A stretch of 64,000 bases of DNA from Minisyncoccota bacterium (lineage in GTDB: Bacteria; Patescibacteriota; Minisyncoccia; Phycocordibacterales; UBA1006): positions 42,972 through 106,971 of the forward strand of contig JAQVEZ010000003.1 of assembly GCA_028697455.1 (NCBI GenBank), read 5' to 3'. Each line of letters opens with the position of its first letter. Positions within the stretch are counted from its first letter, which is position 1. The notes beneath the pieces are model-generated. The model searched no databases and was not told the origin of the DNA. It saw nothing but the letters and a program-made list of their open reading frames with translations. A program made the position numbers and the translations under genes. Shown here piece by piece: positions 17,900-27,073 of this stretch.

Positions 17900-19079
17900 A
17901 GTCTGATTGAGAAAAAAGATCTTTTTGTTCTGAAATGTAATGAGCCAAGAGTTTCATTTCGATATCTTCTATCTCATTAAAAACATAAGGGAGAGCGTTT
18001 TCAAAAGAAATTAATTCAATTCTCCCGTTGGTAAGAAGGTGTTCTCCAAGCTCGTCATGAGAAAGGATCATTCTTTCAAACCACAAAGAAAGGGTGTCGT
18101 GTGTTTTAAGAACCAAGGTGTTAGGCAAAAGACCTTTTTTACTAAATTCATCGAGAGCATTATAAAAAGGTTTTAACCATGAGTGAAAAGCTTTTTCTGA
18201 ATCTTCCTCAAGAAGCTCTGCATAACTATCAGTAAAAGCTCTCTCGGTAAAAAGCTCAAGCGTATTTCGTGCTTCAAGCATTGAAAGTCCCATTCGAGAG
18301 GATAAATCCCTCAAAATAGTATGAACCCCAGAAGGAAAAACCCCGAAGTTACGGAGGTGATCGTTTTCAATAATAAGAATTTCAGTAAGCTCTGTTCCAA
18401 TGTCAAAAATTAAAGCATTATCGTTGTGAGGAAGGAGTGTTTTTACTCCATAATAAAAAACATAAGGATTAGAGAGAAAAATAGGGTCTCGGTGAAAATG
18501 TTTTTGAATAATCCCCTCAAAACTTTTCTTTGTTTTTCGAGACATCACAGAAACCAAAGAATGCACCTCAAATGTTCTCGCTATTGTCCCCAGAGGTTCT
18601 TTTACAGGATATCCATTAATATAATAATCCAGAACTTTTCGATCAATGAGCTCAACGTCATACTGATGATAGTTGAGATTTTTCTTTAAAGAAGTTTTGA
18701 GATCTTTTTGTTCTAGTTTTGCGAGAAGGTTTTCGTCAACAGTAAAAGCGTCTCCTTTTTTAGGTTGGTATTGGGTTATTCTTTTTTGGGAAGAAATCCA
18801 AGGGCTTCCTACGTTACAAAAAATACCCGAAATAGGAACGAGTGCGTGTAAATAAATTTCAGTAGCAAGAGCATCAAAAGTTTTTTGAGCTTTTTTCCAA
18901 AAGCGTTGATAATCGTATTGAGCTCCGTCAGAAATATCTTTTCGTAATGAGATAAACGAACGAACAAAATCAACCTCTCCTTTTTTGGTAAAGGAATACT
19001 CCAAAACGGACCCTCCAACACTTCCGCTGTCGATATCAAAAACAACAATATATTTTTTTTGAGGATTTTCCTTGTTCAT
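17883..19079 (-). CDS. FtsA/PilM-like actin-family (ASKHA) ATPase
   Basis: N-terminal YIVVFDIDSGSVGGSVLEY resembles phosphate-1, and ALIFDIGTELTEILIIENDHLRNFGVFPSGVHTI resembles the phosphate-2/adenosine motif of FtsA/PilM. The start was set at MNKEN (19079) because TGCTATACT lies 14 nt upstream; the ORF caller's start at 19127 would lie upstream of that promoter. Confidence 0.4.
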   Translation of the reverse strand: MNKENPQKKYIVVFDIDSGSVGGSVLEYSFTKKGEVDFVRSFISLRKDISDGAQYDYQRFWKKAQKTFDALATEIYLHALVPISGIFCNVGSPWISSQKRITQYQPKKGDAFTVDENLLAKLEQKDLKTSLKKNLNYHQYDVELIDRKVLDYYINGYPVKEPLGTIARTFEVHSLVSVMSRKTKKSFEGIIQKHFHRDPIFLSNPYVFYYGVKTLLPHNDNALIFDIGTELTEILIIENDHLRNFGVFPSGVHTILRDLSSRMGLSMLEARNTLELFTERAFTDSYAELLEEDSEKAFHSWLKPFYNALDEFSKKGLLPNTLVLKTHDTLSLWFERMILSHDELGEHLLTNGRIELISFENALPYVFNEIEDIEMKLLAHYISEQKDLFSQSDYDTFS

Positions 19080-19151
19080 ATCTTTGCTCTCACAGTATAG
19101 CACAAAAGAAGAAACGCTTTCAAACAAACAAAAACAAGCATTATGTGCTTG

Positions 19152-20966
19152 TTATTGCTGTAGCTCCATGCGCACACGGCGAACACCAGCTGAGGAGGCT
19201 TCTTCTTTTACTATGCGCATCTTCCCAAATGAGGCTATTTCAGAAAGCTTTTCAACATGAGGACCACCACACAACTCTCGAGAATAAATGATACCGTTCT
19301 GATCTTTCATTGTATAAACCTGAACATCATCTGGGTACTTCTCCCAAAAAGAACCGACAACACTTGGGTCATTTTGAGCATCGGCTTTTTTCATGTGGTC
19401 GATACTTACGGTAGCATTACTTTCAATAGCTTCTTGAACATAGTGCTCTACCTGATCAAGGATTTCTCGGCTAACTTTTTCTGGGTGTGTAAAGTCAAAA
19501 CGCGAACGCTCTTCGGTGATATTTGACCCTTTTTGATGAACACTCTCCCCCAAAAATTTTCGTAACCCTGCAAGCATAAGATGCGTTGCTGAATGGAGGG
19601 CTCTAATTTTAGGAGTGTCTTTTTCAAGTCCTCCTTTAAATTTTTTTTCAGCTCCCATACGAGAGATATCTTGATGAGCTTTTTTTTCTTTTTCATAAAC
19701 AAGAAGAGCGGCATCATCAATAATGAGCTCAAACTCTTTTGCAATTCTTTTTGTTATCGAAAGAGGAAGCCCATGGGTCTGCTCAAGATTAACAAGAAAA
19801 GATCCTTCAAGATGAGACCCTCCATCTTCTTTGAATTTCTTGAGAAGATTTTTTCCTTTTTCTACAAGTTTTTCTACCTTAAGCATCTCCCCCTCAAAAG
19901 AAGAAATAATATTATTCAAAAGCTCTTGTGAGAGATCCTTAAAATAAAGATCCTTGTACATATCTTTGACCAAAAGGACAAGCTCCTTTATTTCTTTGTG
20001 AGAGAATCCTATCTCCTTTGCAGAAAAATAAATTCTCCTCAAGATCCTTCTTAATACATACCCTCTTCCTGTATTTGAAATAAAAACCCCCTCTGAAGCT
20101 AAAAAAGTTGCTGATTTAATATGATCAGAAATAATACGAGCGTGGCGTTCGTTATAATGAAGAGCGTGCTCTTTCAAATAATTCATAAAAGGAAGATAGA
20201 GATCCGTTTCAAAAATATTTGAAACGCCCTGCATCACAGCACTAACTCGTTCAAGTCCTGAGCCGGTATCAACATTTTTTTGTGGAAGATTCCCTTTAAT
20301 ATGTCCGTCTTCCAATTGGAAAGTCATGAAGACGTCGTTCCAGATTTCAACAAGTTTCTGGTCTTCATCAGCTTGTTCAAAAGCCTCTGGACTCAAATCA
20401 CCAAGATTCCCGGTGAGGTCATAAAACATTTCGGTTGAAGGCCCTGCTGGAGAGTTTGGCCCTGCTGTCCACCAATTATCTTTTGAGTCTCGAAAATAAA
20501 TTCTCTTTTCTGGAATAAACTTTTTCCAAATTTCAACAGATTCAAGATCCCGAGGAACCTCTTCGTTTCCAGAGAATACGGTAATGTACAACCTTGCAGG
20601 ATCAAGTCCGAGCCCTTCGTCACTATCAGTAAGAAACTGGTATGACCAAGCGATAGCGTCTTCCTTAAAATAATCCCCCAAAGACCAGTTTCCCAACATC
20701 TCAAAAAAAGTTGCATGAGTATTGTCTCCTACCTCATCAAGGTCATTAGTACGAAGACACTTTTGAGAGCTTGCGAGTCTTTTTCCAAGTGGATGATCTT
20801 CTCCAAGGAGATACGGAATAAGTGGCTGCATTCCCGCAGTATTAAAAAGTGTTGCGTTCGTTGCGTGAGGGGCTTCTTCGGTAATCAAAGATGCTGAATC
20901 AATAACAACATGATTTCGTTTTTCAAAAAATGTTAAAAATCTTTTACGGATTTCATTGGACTTCAT
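19152..20966 (-). CDS. alaS: Alanyl-tRNA synthetase, short form: catalytic plus editing domains, lacking the C-terminal C-Ala domain
   Basis: …FFEMLGNWSLGDYFK… catalytic core and HSATHLMLAGL…CGGPHV editing motifs. TATACT lies 8 nt upstream of the MKSNEIR start. Confidence 0.88.
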   Translation of the reverse strand: MKSNEIRKRFLTFFEKRNHVVIDSASLITEEAPHATNATLFNTAGMQPLIPYLLGEDHPLGKRLASSQKCLRTNDLDEVGDNTHATFFEMLGNWSLGDYFKEDAIAWSYQFLTDSDEGLGLDPARLYITVFSGNEEVPRDLESVEIWKKFIPEKRIYFRDSKDNWWTAGPNSPAGPSTEMFYDLTGNLGDLSPEAFEQADEDQKLVEIWNDVFMTFQLEDGHIKGNLPQKNVDTGSGLERVSAVMQGVSNIFETDLYLPFMNYLKEHALHYNERHARIISDHIKSATFLASEGVFISNTGRGYVLRRILRRIYFSAKEIGFSHKEIKELVLLVKDMYKDLYFKDLSQELLNNIISSFEGEMLKVEKLVEKGKNLLKKFKEDGGSHLEGSFLVNLEQTHGLPLSITKRIAKEFELIIDDAALLVYEKEKKAHQDISRMGAEKKFKGGLEKDTPKIRALHSATHLMLAGLRKFLGESVHQKGSNITEERSRFDFTHPEKVSREILDQVEHYVQEAIESNATVSIDHMKKADAQNDPSVVGSFWEKYPDDVQVYTMKDQNGIIYSRELCGGPHVEKLSEIASFGKMRIVKEEASSAGVRRVRMELQQ

Positions 20967-21031
20967 ATCTTTGTAGTATAGATAATTGCTCAATTTGAGC
21001 AAGAATAAGTTTCTCCGAGAGGTTCTGCAAA

Positions 21032-21499
21032 CTATTTTTCAGGATTATTTTCTTTTTCTTCTTTGCTTAAAAAAAGTCGTTTTTCAATTCTAAAAAGAAA
21101 AGAATAAGCAAAAATAACCAAGATAGTAGTAAAGACAGCAATCCAATACAGACCAAAACCGGTCGCAGCTCCTATCCCCGCAGCAAGCCAAATCCCTGCT
21201 GCCGTATTAAGATTTTCAATATGATTATTTTTAAAAATAATCATTCCTGCTCCCAAAAACCCAATACCCGTAACAATCTGTGCGGTAACTCGTAATGGAT
21301 CAAAGTTAAAACCTACTGACCCCGCATACTGAGCAGCCACCACCTGAGAAACAATGACAAACAAAGCAGCTCCCAGAGAAACAAAACCAAAAACTCTAAT
21401 TCCTGTACTTTTTCCAGAATAGATTCTCTCAACACCAATAGATGCTCCCAAGATGAAAGCAATAAAAAGACTTAAAAAAAGATGTGCGTTACTTAACAT
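21032..21499 (-). CDS. MgtC/SapB family membrane protein
   Basis: GASIGVERIYSGKSTGIRVF…AAQIVTGIGFLGAGMIIF…NLNTAAGIWLAAGIGAATGFGLY matches the MgtC consensus. Confidence 0.75.
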   Translation of the reverse strand: MLSNAHLFLSLFIAFILGASIGVERIYSGKSTGIRVFGFVSLGAALFVIVSQVVAAQYAGSVGFNFDPLRVTAQIVTGIGFLGAGMIIFKNNHIENLNTAAGIWLAAGIGAATGFGLYWIAVFTTILVIFAYSFLFRIEKRLFLSKEEKENNPEK

Positions 21500-21547
21500 A
21501 ATACTTTCTATTATACGGCCTTAACAAGGGAATGCCAACAAGATCAA

Positions 21548-22627
21548 CTATTGAACAATTCCCCCTCCGAGACATTCGTCTCCACGATAGATAACAACTG
21601 ACTGACCAAGGGCGACCACAATCTCTTCTTCAAACTCTATCTCCATTTTTTTATCGTTATCGCTATACGAAAGAATTTTAAAAGGAATTGTTTTCGAACG
21701 ATAGCGAATTTGCCCTTCGTAATGAGATCCTGCAGAAAAAAGCGTCTGATTATCAACGACTTCTCCAAGCTGAAAAATCTTTCTTGAAAAACCCAAGGCA
21801 AGAGGATTATGAGAAACATGTAAGGTATTTTTTTTGAGGTCTTTTCCAACAACGTAGTAAGGGCTCTCATTTGTTTTTTTATGTTCAGGAGAAATATCAA
21901 AACCATGTCGCTCTCCCAGTGTATAGAATAAAACTCCTCGATGAGTTCCAATAACCTCTTCCTCATCATTGAGAACATCCCCATTTTTTTGAGGAATATA
22001 GTGAGAAAGAAATTCTTTCATATCAATCTCTCCCATAAAACAAATTCCTTGGGAATCTTTTTTTTCTGCTGTTGGTAAATCAAGCGATGCAGCAAGAGAT
22101 CGAATATTTTCTTTTTTATAATTTCCAATAGGGAAAAGACAATACTGGAGCTCCTCTTGTCCAAGCGTCCATAAAAAATATGATTGATCTTTGTTGTCGT
22201 CAATTCCTCGAAGAAGTTTTGTTTGTCCATTTTTTTGTTCTGCGCGAACATAATGTCCTGTTGCGATAAAATCTGCCCCACGAGAACGAGCCCAAGAAAG
22301 AAATGCTCCAAATTTAATTTCTTTATTACACATAACATCTGGATTTGGCGTTCGCCCTTCTCGATACTCTTGAATCATATAGTCAACAACACCCTCTTTG
22401 TATTCTCTTTCAAGGTCAAGATCAAGGAAGGGAACCTTAAGATGTGCACAGACCCTCATGGCATCTTTTCTTTCTTCTCTCCAGGTACATTCAATCCAGT
22501 CAGGCTGCCATGTACGAATAAAAACACCAACGACATCATATCCTTGGTTTAAAAGAAGAGAGAGTGCAACTGATGAATCTACCCCACCAGACACCCCAAC
22601 AAAAACGGTTTTTTGAGAATGAAACAT
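21548..22627 (-). CDS. mnmA: tRNA-specific 2-thiouridylase MnmA
   Basis: PP-loop VFVGVSGGVDSSVALSLL…, …ATGHY…, and C-terminal GQSVVIYRGDECLGGG. Confidence 0.9.
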   Translation of the reverse strand: MFHSQKTVFVGVSGGVDSSVALSLLLNQGYDVVGVFIRTWQPDWIECTWREERKDAMRVCAHLKVPFLDLDLEREYKEGVVDYMIQEYREGRTPNPDVMCNKEIKFGAFLSWARSRGADFIATGHYVRAEQKNGQTKLLRGIDDNKDQSYFLWTLGQEELQYCLFPIGNYKKENIRSLAASLDLPTAEKKDSQGICFMGEIDMKEFLSHYIPQKNGDVLNDEEEVIGTHRGVLFYTLGERHGFDISPEHKKTNESPYYVVGKDLKKNTLHVSHNPLALGFSRKIFQLGEVVDNQTLFSAGSHYEGQIRYRSKTIPFKILSYSDNDKKMEIEFEEEIVVALGQSVVIYRGDECLGGGIVQ

Positions 22628-22639
22628 GTGTATACCTTA

Positions 22640-23065
22640 TTACTTAAAGAGGAGTTTCTTTACTTCCTCTAAAATATTCCTTCTCGCGGGAAGAAGGATG
22701 TTCTGTGCTTCTTGGTGGGTGACCCATCGGTAAGAATTTATTTCACTCCGCTGTAAAATAAGCTCAAAAGGATCTCTTACGATACCAACAAAATAGATAA
22801 CCTTCTTCAAGACTGAGGGACGAAATCGTCTATGAATAAAGTACTCTTCAGAGAAAGTTTCTTCAAAAAAATAATTACAGTCCAATTGAGTTTCTTCGTA
22901 AAGCTCTCTTTTTGCTGTTTCAAGAAGGGTTTCTTCTCCTTCCTGATGTCCTTTTGGAAAACCCCAATATCCTCCTTTTCCTCGAACAATGAGATATTGG
23001 AACTCTCCTTCAGGATTTTTATATAACGGTATCACCCCACACGATAATGATACTTTTTTTGACAT
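22640..23065 (-). CDS. NUDIX hydrolase
   Basis: Nudix box GFPKGHQEGEETLLETAKRELYEETQL. Confidence 0.8.
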   Translation of the reverse strand: MSKKVSLSCGVIPLYKNPEGEFQYLIVRGKGGYWGFPKGHQEGEETLLETAKRELYEETQLDCNYFFEETFSEEYFIHRRFRPSVLKKVIYFVGIVRDPFELILQRSEINSYRWVTHQEAQNILLPARRNILEEVKKLLFK

Positions 23066-23090
23066 GTAATTATCTTATCACAAAAAGAGA

Positions 23091-23630
23091 CTATTGTTCA
23101 GTCATTTTCCTGTATAAAGAATAGGTTGCTCGCGCATCAGAAAGCGCTGTATGTGCATTGTTGTTTTCAATTCCATAATGCTCGCATAAAAATCCAAGAT
23201 TAAATTTTGTTATCTCTTTGTCGTTAAAAAATTTTGCAAAAGCAAAAGAAATAGTATCGAGTTTTGCATAAAACATTTTGTTTTCAACGCCTGTTGTATA
23301 AAAAGCTCGTGAAAGAAAAGACCAATCAAAAGAAACATTATGAGCCACCATAATACAGTCTTTAGTTTTCTCAGCAAAAACATTCATTGCTTGTTCAAGG
23401 GACATGGCAAAAAGCCATCCTGCTTCACTGTAGCCATTAATAGAGAGGGCTTCTGCTTCAGCCTCGTCTATTCTCTCTGGTTTAATTTTGAGCTCAATTT
23501 CCTCAAGAACATCTCCAACAATACCGTCTTGTTGTTTTGCAATGACAATTCCTATCTCAATGATTTCGTGTTTTTCGGGAGAAAGCCCTGTTGTTTCAAT
23601 ATCAATAAATGCTAAGTTTTTATTCTTCAT
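23091..23630 (-). CDS. DnaQ-like 3'-5' exonuclease (DEDDh)
   Basis: Exo I AFIDIETTGL, Exo II VAHNVSFDWSFL, Exo III HTALSDARAT. Confidence 0.8.
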   Translation of the reverse strand: MKNKNLAFIDIETTGLSPEKHEIIEIGIVIAKQQDGIVGDVLEEIELKIKPERIDEAEAEALSINGYSEAGWLFAMSLEQAMNVFAEKTKDCIMVAHNVSFDWSFLSRAFYTTGVENKMFYAKLDTISFAFAKFFNDKEITKFNLGFLCEHYGIENNNAHTALSDARATYSLYRKMTEQ

Positions 23631-23640
23631 GGTAATAAAA

Positions 23641-24627
23641 TTATTTTAAATAACGTTGCTTATTCTTCACATGTCCTTCGTGATCAACGGCATAATAAAC
23701 CTTAGCATTTTTATCATGAAGGTAAAAAAAGTAAGGGGATTCTTTGGGGAAAAGGGCTGCTTCTATGGAAGAAACTCCTGGGTTGGCAATAGGACCAGGC
23801 GGCAAGCCAAGTCGTGTATAGGTATTATAAGGGCCATCTTCTCGAAGATCAGAAACCCGAAGATCTGCACTCGCCTTCCCTTTAATATAAAGAAAGGGTG
23901 CATCAACCTGCAAATACATACCGCGATTAATTCGTTTCCAAAGGATTCCTGAAATAATTTTTTGTTCTTCACTATCAGAGCTTGCCTCTTTCTCAATAAG
24001 AGAAGCCATAATAATAATATCCCTTAAGGATTTTCCTGAGTTTTCAATTTCTTTTTGGTAAACAGAAACTACTTTTTTCTGGAAGGTGTCTTTAAGTGTT
24101 TTAACAATATCTTCTGTTGAAATATCAGGCAAAAAAGAATAAGTGTCAGGAAAAAGATATCCTTCATTATCTTTTGTTAATTCAAGAAACTTTTCTTTGT
24201 CAAAAAAAAGAAGTCCTTCTTTTGAATCCAAAATATCTGCCATCTGTTTTGTGTTAAGTCCTTCGGTAAGCGTTACGTTTACAAAAGCGTCTCCATAATC
24301 CCCGCGATGAACCCTCCTAAGTACTTCAAACATACTATGAAAACCTTCTTCAAAAAGATAGGGTCCCGCCTTCACGGAAATATTTTTAACTCTTCCAAAG
24401 ACTTGGAACAAAAATGGCGAACGTATGATTTGAGATTTTGATAAGGTTTCAGAGCTAGATACTAAAGAAAGTCCTGATGGGATTGAAACAATGGTGTCCT
24501 CTTTGACATAAACCGGGGAAAGAAGAAACACACTATAAAAGAACACTCCCCCAAACACAAAAAAACTCATAAGGATAGTGAGTTTTTTCGTTTGTATATT
24601 TTTTTTAATCAAAGAGTATAAATGCAT
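23641..24627 (-). CDS. mltG: Endolytic murein transglycosylase MltG (YceG-like)
   Basis: N-terminal TM, …LIEKEAS…ISGILWKRINRGMYLQVDAP…GPYNTYTRLGLPPGPIANPG…. Confidence 0.85.
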   Translation of the reverse strand: MHLYSLIKKNIQTKKLTILMSFFVFGGVFFYSVFLLSPVYVKEDTIVSIPSGLSLVSSSETLSKSQIIRSPFLFQVFGRVKNISVKAGPYLFEEGFHSMFEVLRRVHRGDYGDAFVNVTLTEGLNTKQMADILDSKEGLLFFDKEKFLELTKDNEGYLFPDTYSFLPDISTEDIVKTLKDTFQKKVVSVYQKEIENSGKSLRDIIIMASLIEKEASSDSEEQKIISGILWKRINRGMYLQVDAPFLYIKGKASADLRVSDLREDGPYNTYTRLGLPPGPIANPGVSSIEAALFPKESPYFFYLHDKNAKVYYAVDHEGHVKNKQRYLK

Positions 24628-24629
24628 AA

Positions 24630-25865
24630 CTAAACAGGGAGATTTGCAGGAGCTTCAGATTTTGTTGCTTCGATTCTTTCAAGACTTACTGTTTCGGAAA
24701 CTCTTCCTGGAATTCTAAAGATTGTAGCAAGCTCTTCCGAGCTCAGAATAAAAGTTTTTTTCTTAGGACTCTGTTTAAACAAAAAGAATTTTTTTTCTCC
24801 CTCTCCAGAATCATAAAGTACATCATTATAGAAAAAAGCTCTATTGACATAATTATAAAAAAACTTTCTTTTTAAGGCTGGAAGTCGAGTACCCGAGATA
24901 TCTTGGTACTTATAATCAAAGGCAGTAACGAGCGTTGGTTTAAAACCATTCAAATGAGGGGAGTTATATTGACGCAAAGAAGCAGCAAGCCCTGCTATGT
25001 TAATAGGACGAAATGATTCTTTTTTTGCTAAATAAAGAGCTCGAAATCCTACTTCAAAAGCAGGCTTCTGAAAAGTTCTTTCAATTGCTTTTATTTTTTC
25101 TTGTTCACCAGAACTTAGCCGTAGAGTTGTTGCCGGCTTCTCTGGATTTGCATCTGCTCCGTCAGTAGATCTCCCAATCATTTTATAAATCTCTTCCTGC
25201 CCATCTTTCCGCCAAGTACTCCACTTGTCAGAGCGAAGGACAAGCTGTATCCAAACCTGCTCTCCTGTTCTCATTGAGCCGAGATACTCAAGCATCGCAG
25301 TAATAGGATCAACTTTTTCATACTCTTCAAGAGATCCTACGGCCCTATCAAGACCATAGTCAACATAGGTTTTGATAGGAAGAAAATCTGGACCAACAAG
25401 GCCAAACTCATATCCAAAAAGCTCCCATTCTTTTTGCTTTTTACCATAGTCTCCAATATAGCGAGCGTAGTCATCTACTTCATTAACCTCAGCCTGAGGG
25501 TATTGTGAGTAAATTTGATTTTTAAGAAGCTCTTTAAAACGCTCTTGGGTACGAATAAAAAAATAAATAGACCCTTCGATAGAAACAATCTCAAGGGAAG
25601 AGACATGGGGAACCGCCCCGCGAACATTTTTGACCCACCAGGTACCAACTCCCCCTGTGTCATTAAGTATGTTAAAAACAATCTCCATGGCTTCAGGAGA
25701 TTTAAAAACATCCTTTGGAATGTTTATTTCAAGAAGAGCCCACTTCTGATTGAGCTGGTAGATCCCCTGTCTCCATTCGATCCACATATCCCAAAAGATA
25801 AAATAAAGAACAACAGGAAGCCAAAGAAACGCTGATTGTAATATAATTGAGCCCAAAAAACTCAT
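24630..25865 (-). CDS. hypothetical membrane-anchored protein
   Basis: N-terminal TM LQSAFLWLPVVLYFIFW. 411 aa with no recognisable domain. Confidence 0.4.
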   Translation of the reverse strand: MSFLGSIILQSAFLWLPVVLYFIFWDMWIEWRQGIYQLNQKWALLEINIPKDVFKSPEAMEIVFNILNDTGGVGTWWVKNVRGAVPHVSSLEIVSIEGSIYFFIRTQERFKELLKNQIYSQYPQAEVNEVDDYARYIGDYGKKQKEWELFGYEFGLVGPDFLPIKTYVDYGLDRAVGSLEEYEKVDPITAMLEYLGSMRTGEQVWIQLVLRSDKWSTWRKDGQEEIYKMIGRSTDGADANPEKPATTLRLSSGEQEKIKAIERTFQKPAFEVGFRALYLAKKESFRPINIAGLAASLRQYNSPHLNGFKPTLVTAFDYKYQDISGTRLPALKRKFFYNYVNRAFFYNDVLYDSGEGEKKFFLFKQSPKKKTFILSSEELATIFRIPGRVSETVSLERIEATKSEAPANLPV

Positions 25866-25930
25866 ATCTTTATAATATCACAAACAAAAATGAGCAAAAG
25901 AAAAAGCTCACCAAAGGTGAGCTCGTATCT

Positions 25931-26998
25931 TTATTTTTTCTTTGTTGACGTCGGAGCTTTTGCAAGAGTATATTTACCGTCTTTTGTTCTCTTAAAGTAT
26001 TCACGATTAGAGAGATTAACCAAAATAGTATTTTCCTTGAGATACCGTTCTTTGAGAACCGCTTCAATAATTTCTTGTTTTGTGAGTGCTCCTTTCTCCT
26101 TAAGAATATCTTGAATGACTTCTCGAACAACACCTGGACGATACCCCCATTCGGTAAGTCCATAAATTCCTCTCCCAACCAAAACAAAACGTTCGTCCTT
26201 AATAAGTTCGTTGTGGGTTGTTGCGTGGTGGGCCTTCTTTTTAAAAGTACTGGTAATCGCATCAGCAACTTCTCGGAAGTGCATTGGAGATCCATTTTTC
26301 TTCATAATAAGGTAGGCGTAATCACGAATTCCTCGTACTGAAATATTTTGAGAATCAGCAAGCCCCCAATCTCCCAAAGGATTTTTATCTATCTTCTTTG
26401 AAAGTTCAAGAAATCTCATTGCAACATCGTGATCAATAAACCCATCCTCAATCCCATCAAGCCTATCCAAAAACCTAAGAAGGATTTGTTCTTCTGAAAG
26501 AAGCTCTTCTTTATCTAAATTTTTGTAAAGCTTTTCTAGTGCCTCATGAACCTTATCAGCAATTTCTCCGTTAACTGACCATCTATTTTTAAATTTGCCA
26601 TCTTCTTTGAGATTTTTAAAATTATCTCCAATAACAAGATGGAAATGAACATGGTTCTGTGTTAAGTCATCATCAGAAACACAACGCAGGAGGTATTCTT
26701 CTGGGACAAGTGAACCAAGATCACAAATCATCCCTTCCATTTCGTCAAAAATTGTTCGTGCCTCATCATATGACGCTGACTTCCGAATCATTTTGAGAGC
26801 AGAATCTTGTATCTGACGAACACGTTCTCGAGTAATGTTGTATTCTTGCCCGATTGCCTCAAGAGTTTTTTTCTTTGGCTTTACAAGACCAAAACGACTC
26901 TCCAAAACATAGCGGTCACGGTCCTTTAGGTCTTTCAAGAGTTTATTGGTTGATGCTATTGGGTCAAAATGTAATTTGATTTTTTTTGTATCTTTCAT
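25931..26998 (-). CDS. DNA-binding protein with an N-terminal sigma-70 region-4-like HTH and a C-terminal HARE-HTH (RpoE-delta-like) domain
   Basis: RDRYVLESRFGLVKPKKKTLEAIGQEYNITRERVRQIQDSALKMIRK is a sigma70_r4-type HTH, and DERFVLVGRGIYGLTEWGY is a HARE-HTH signature like the RNAP delta N-domain. Confidence 0.45.
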   Translation of the reverse strand: MKDTKKIKLHFDPIASTNKLLKDLKDRDRYVLESRFGLVKPKKKTLEAIGQEYNITRERVRQIQDSALKMIRKSASYDEARTIFDEMEGMICDLGSLVPEEYLLRCVSDDDLTQNHVHFHLVIGDNFKNLKEDGKFKNRWSVNGEIADKVHEALEKLYKNLDKEELLSEEQILLRFLDRLDGIEDGFIDHDVAMRFLELSKKIDKNPLGDWGLADSQNISVRGIRDYAYLIMKKNGSPMHFREVADAITSTFKKKAHHATTHNELIKDERFVLVGRGIYGLTEWGYRPGVVREVIQDILKEKGALTKQEIIEAVLKERYLKENTILVNLSNREYFKRTKDGKYTLAKAPTSTKKK

Positions 26999-27073
26999 AG
27001 CTTAATATTAAAAATAATTATAAAACAAATATAACATAAAGAGAAATATATAGCAACATTAAAATCTGCTTGT

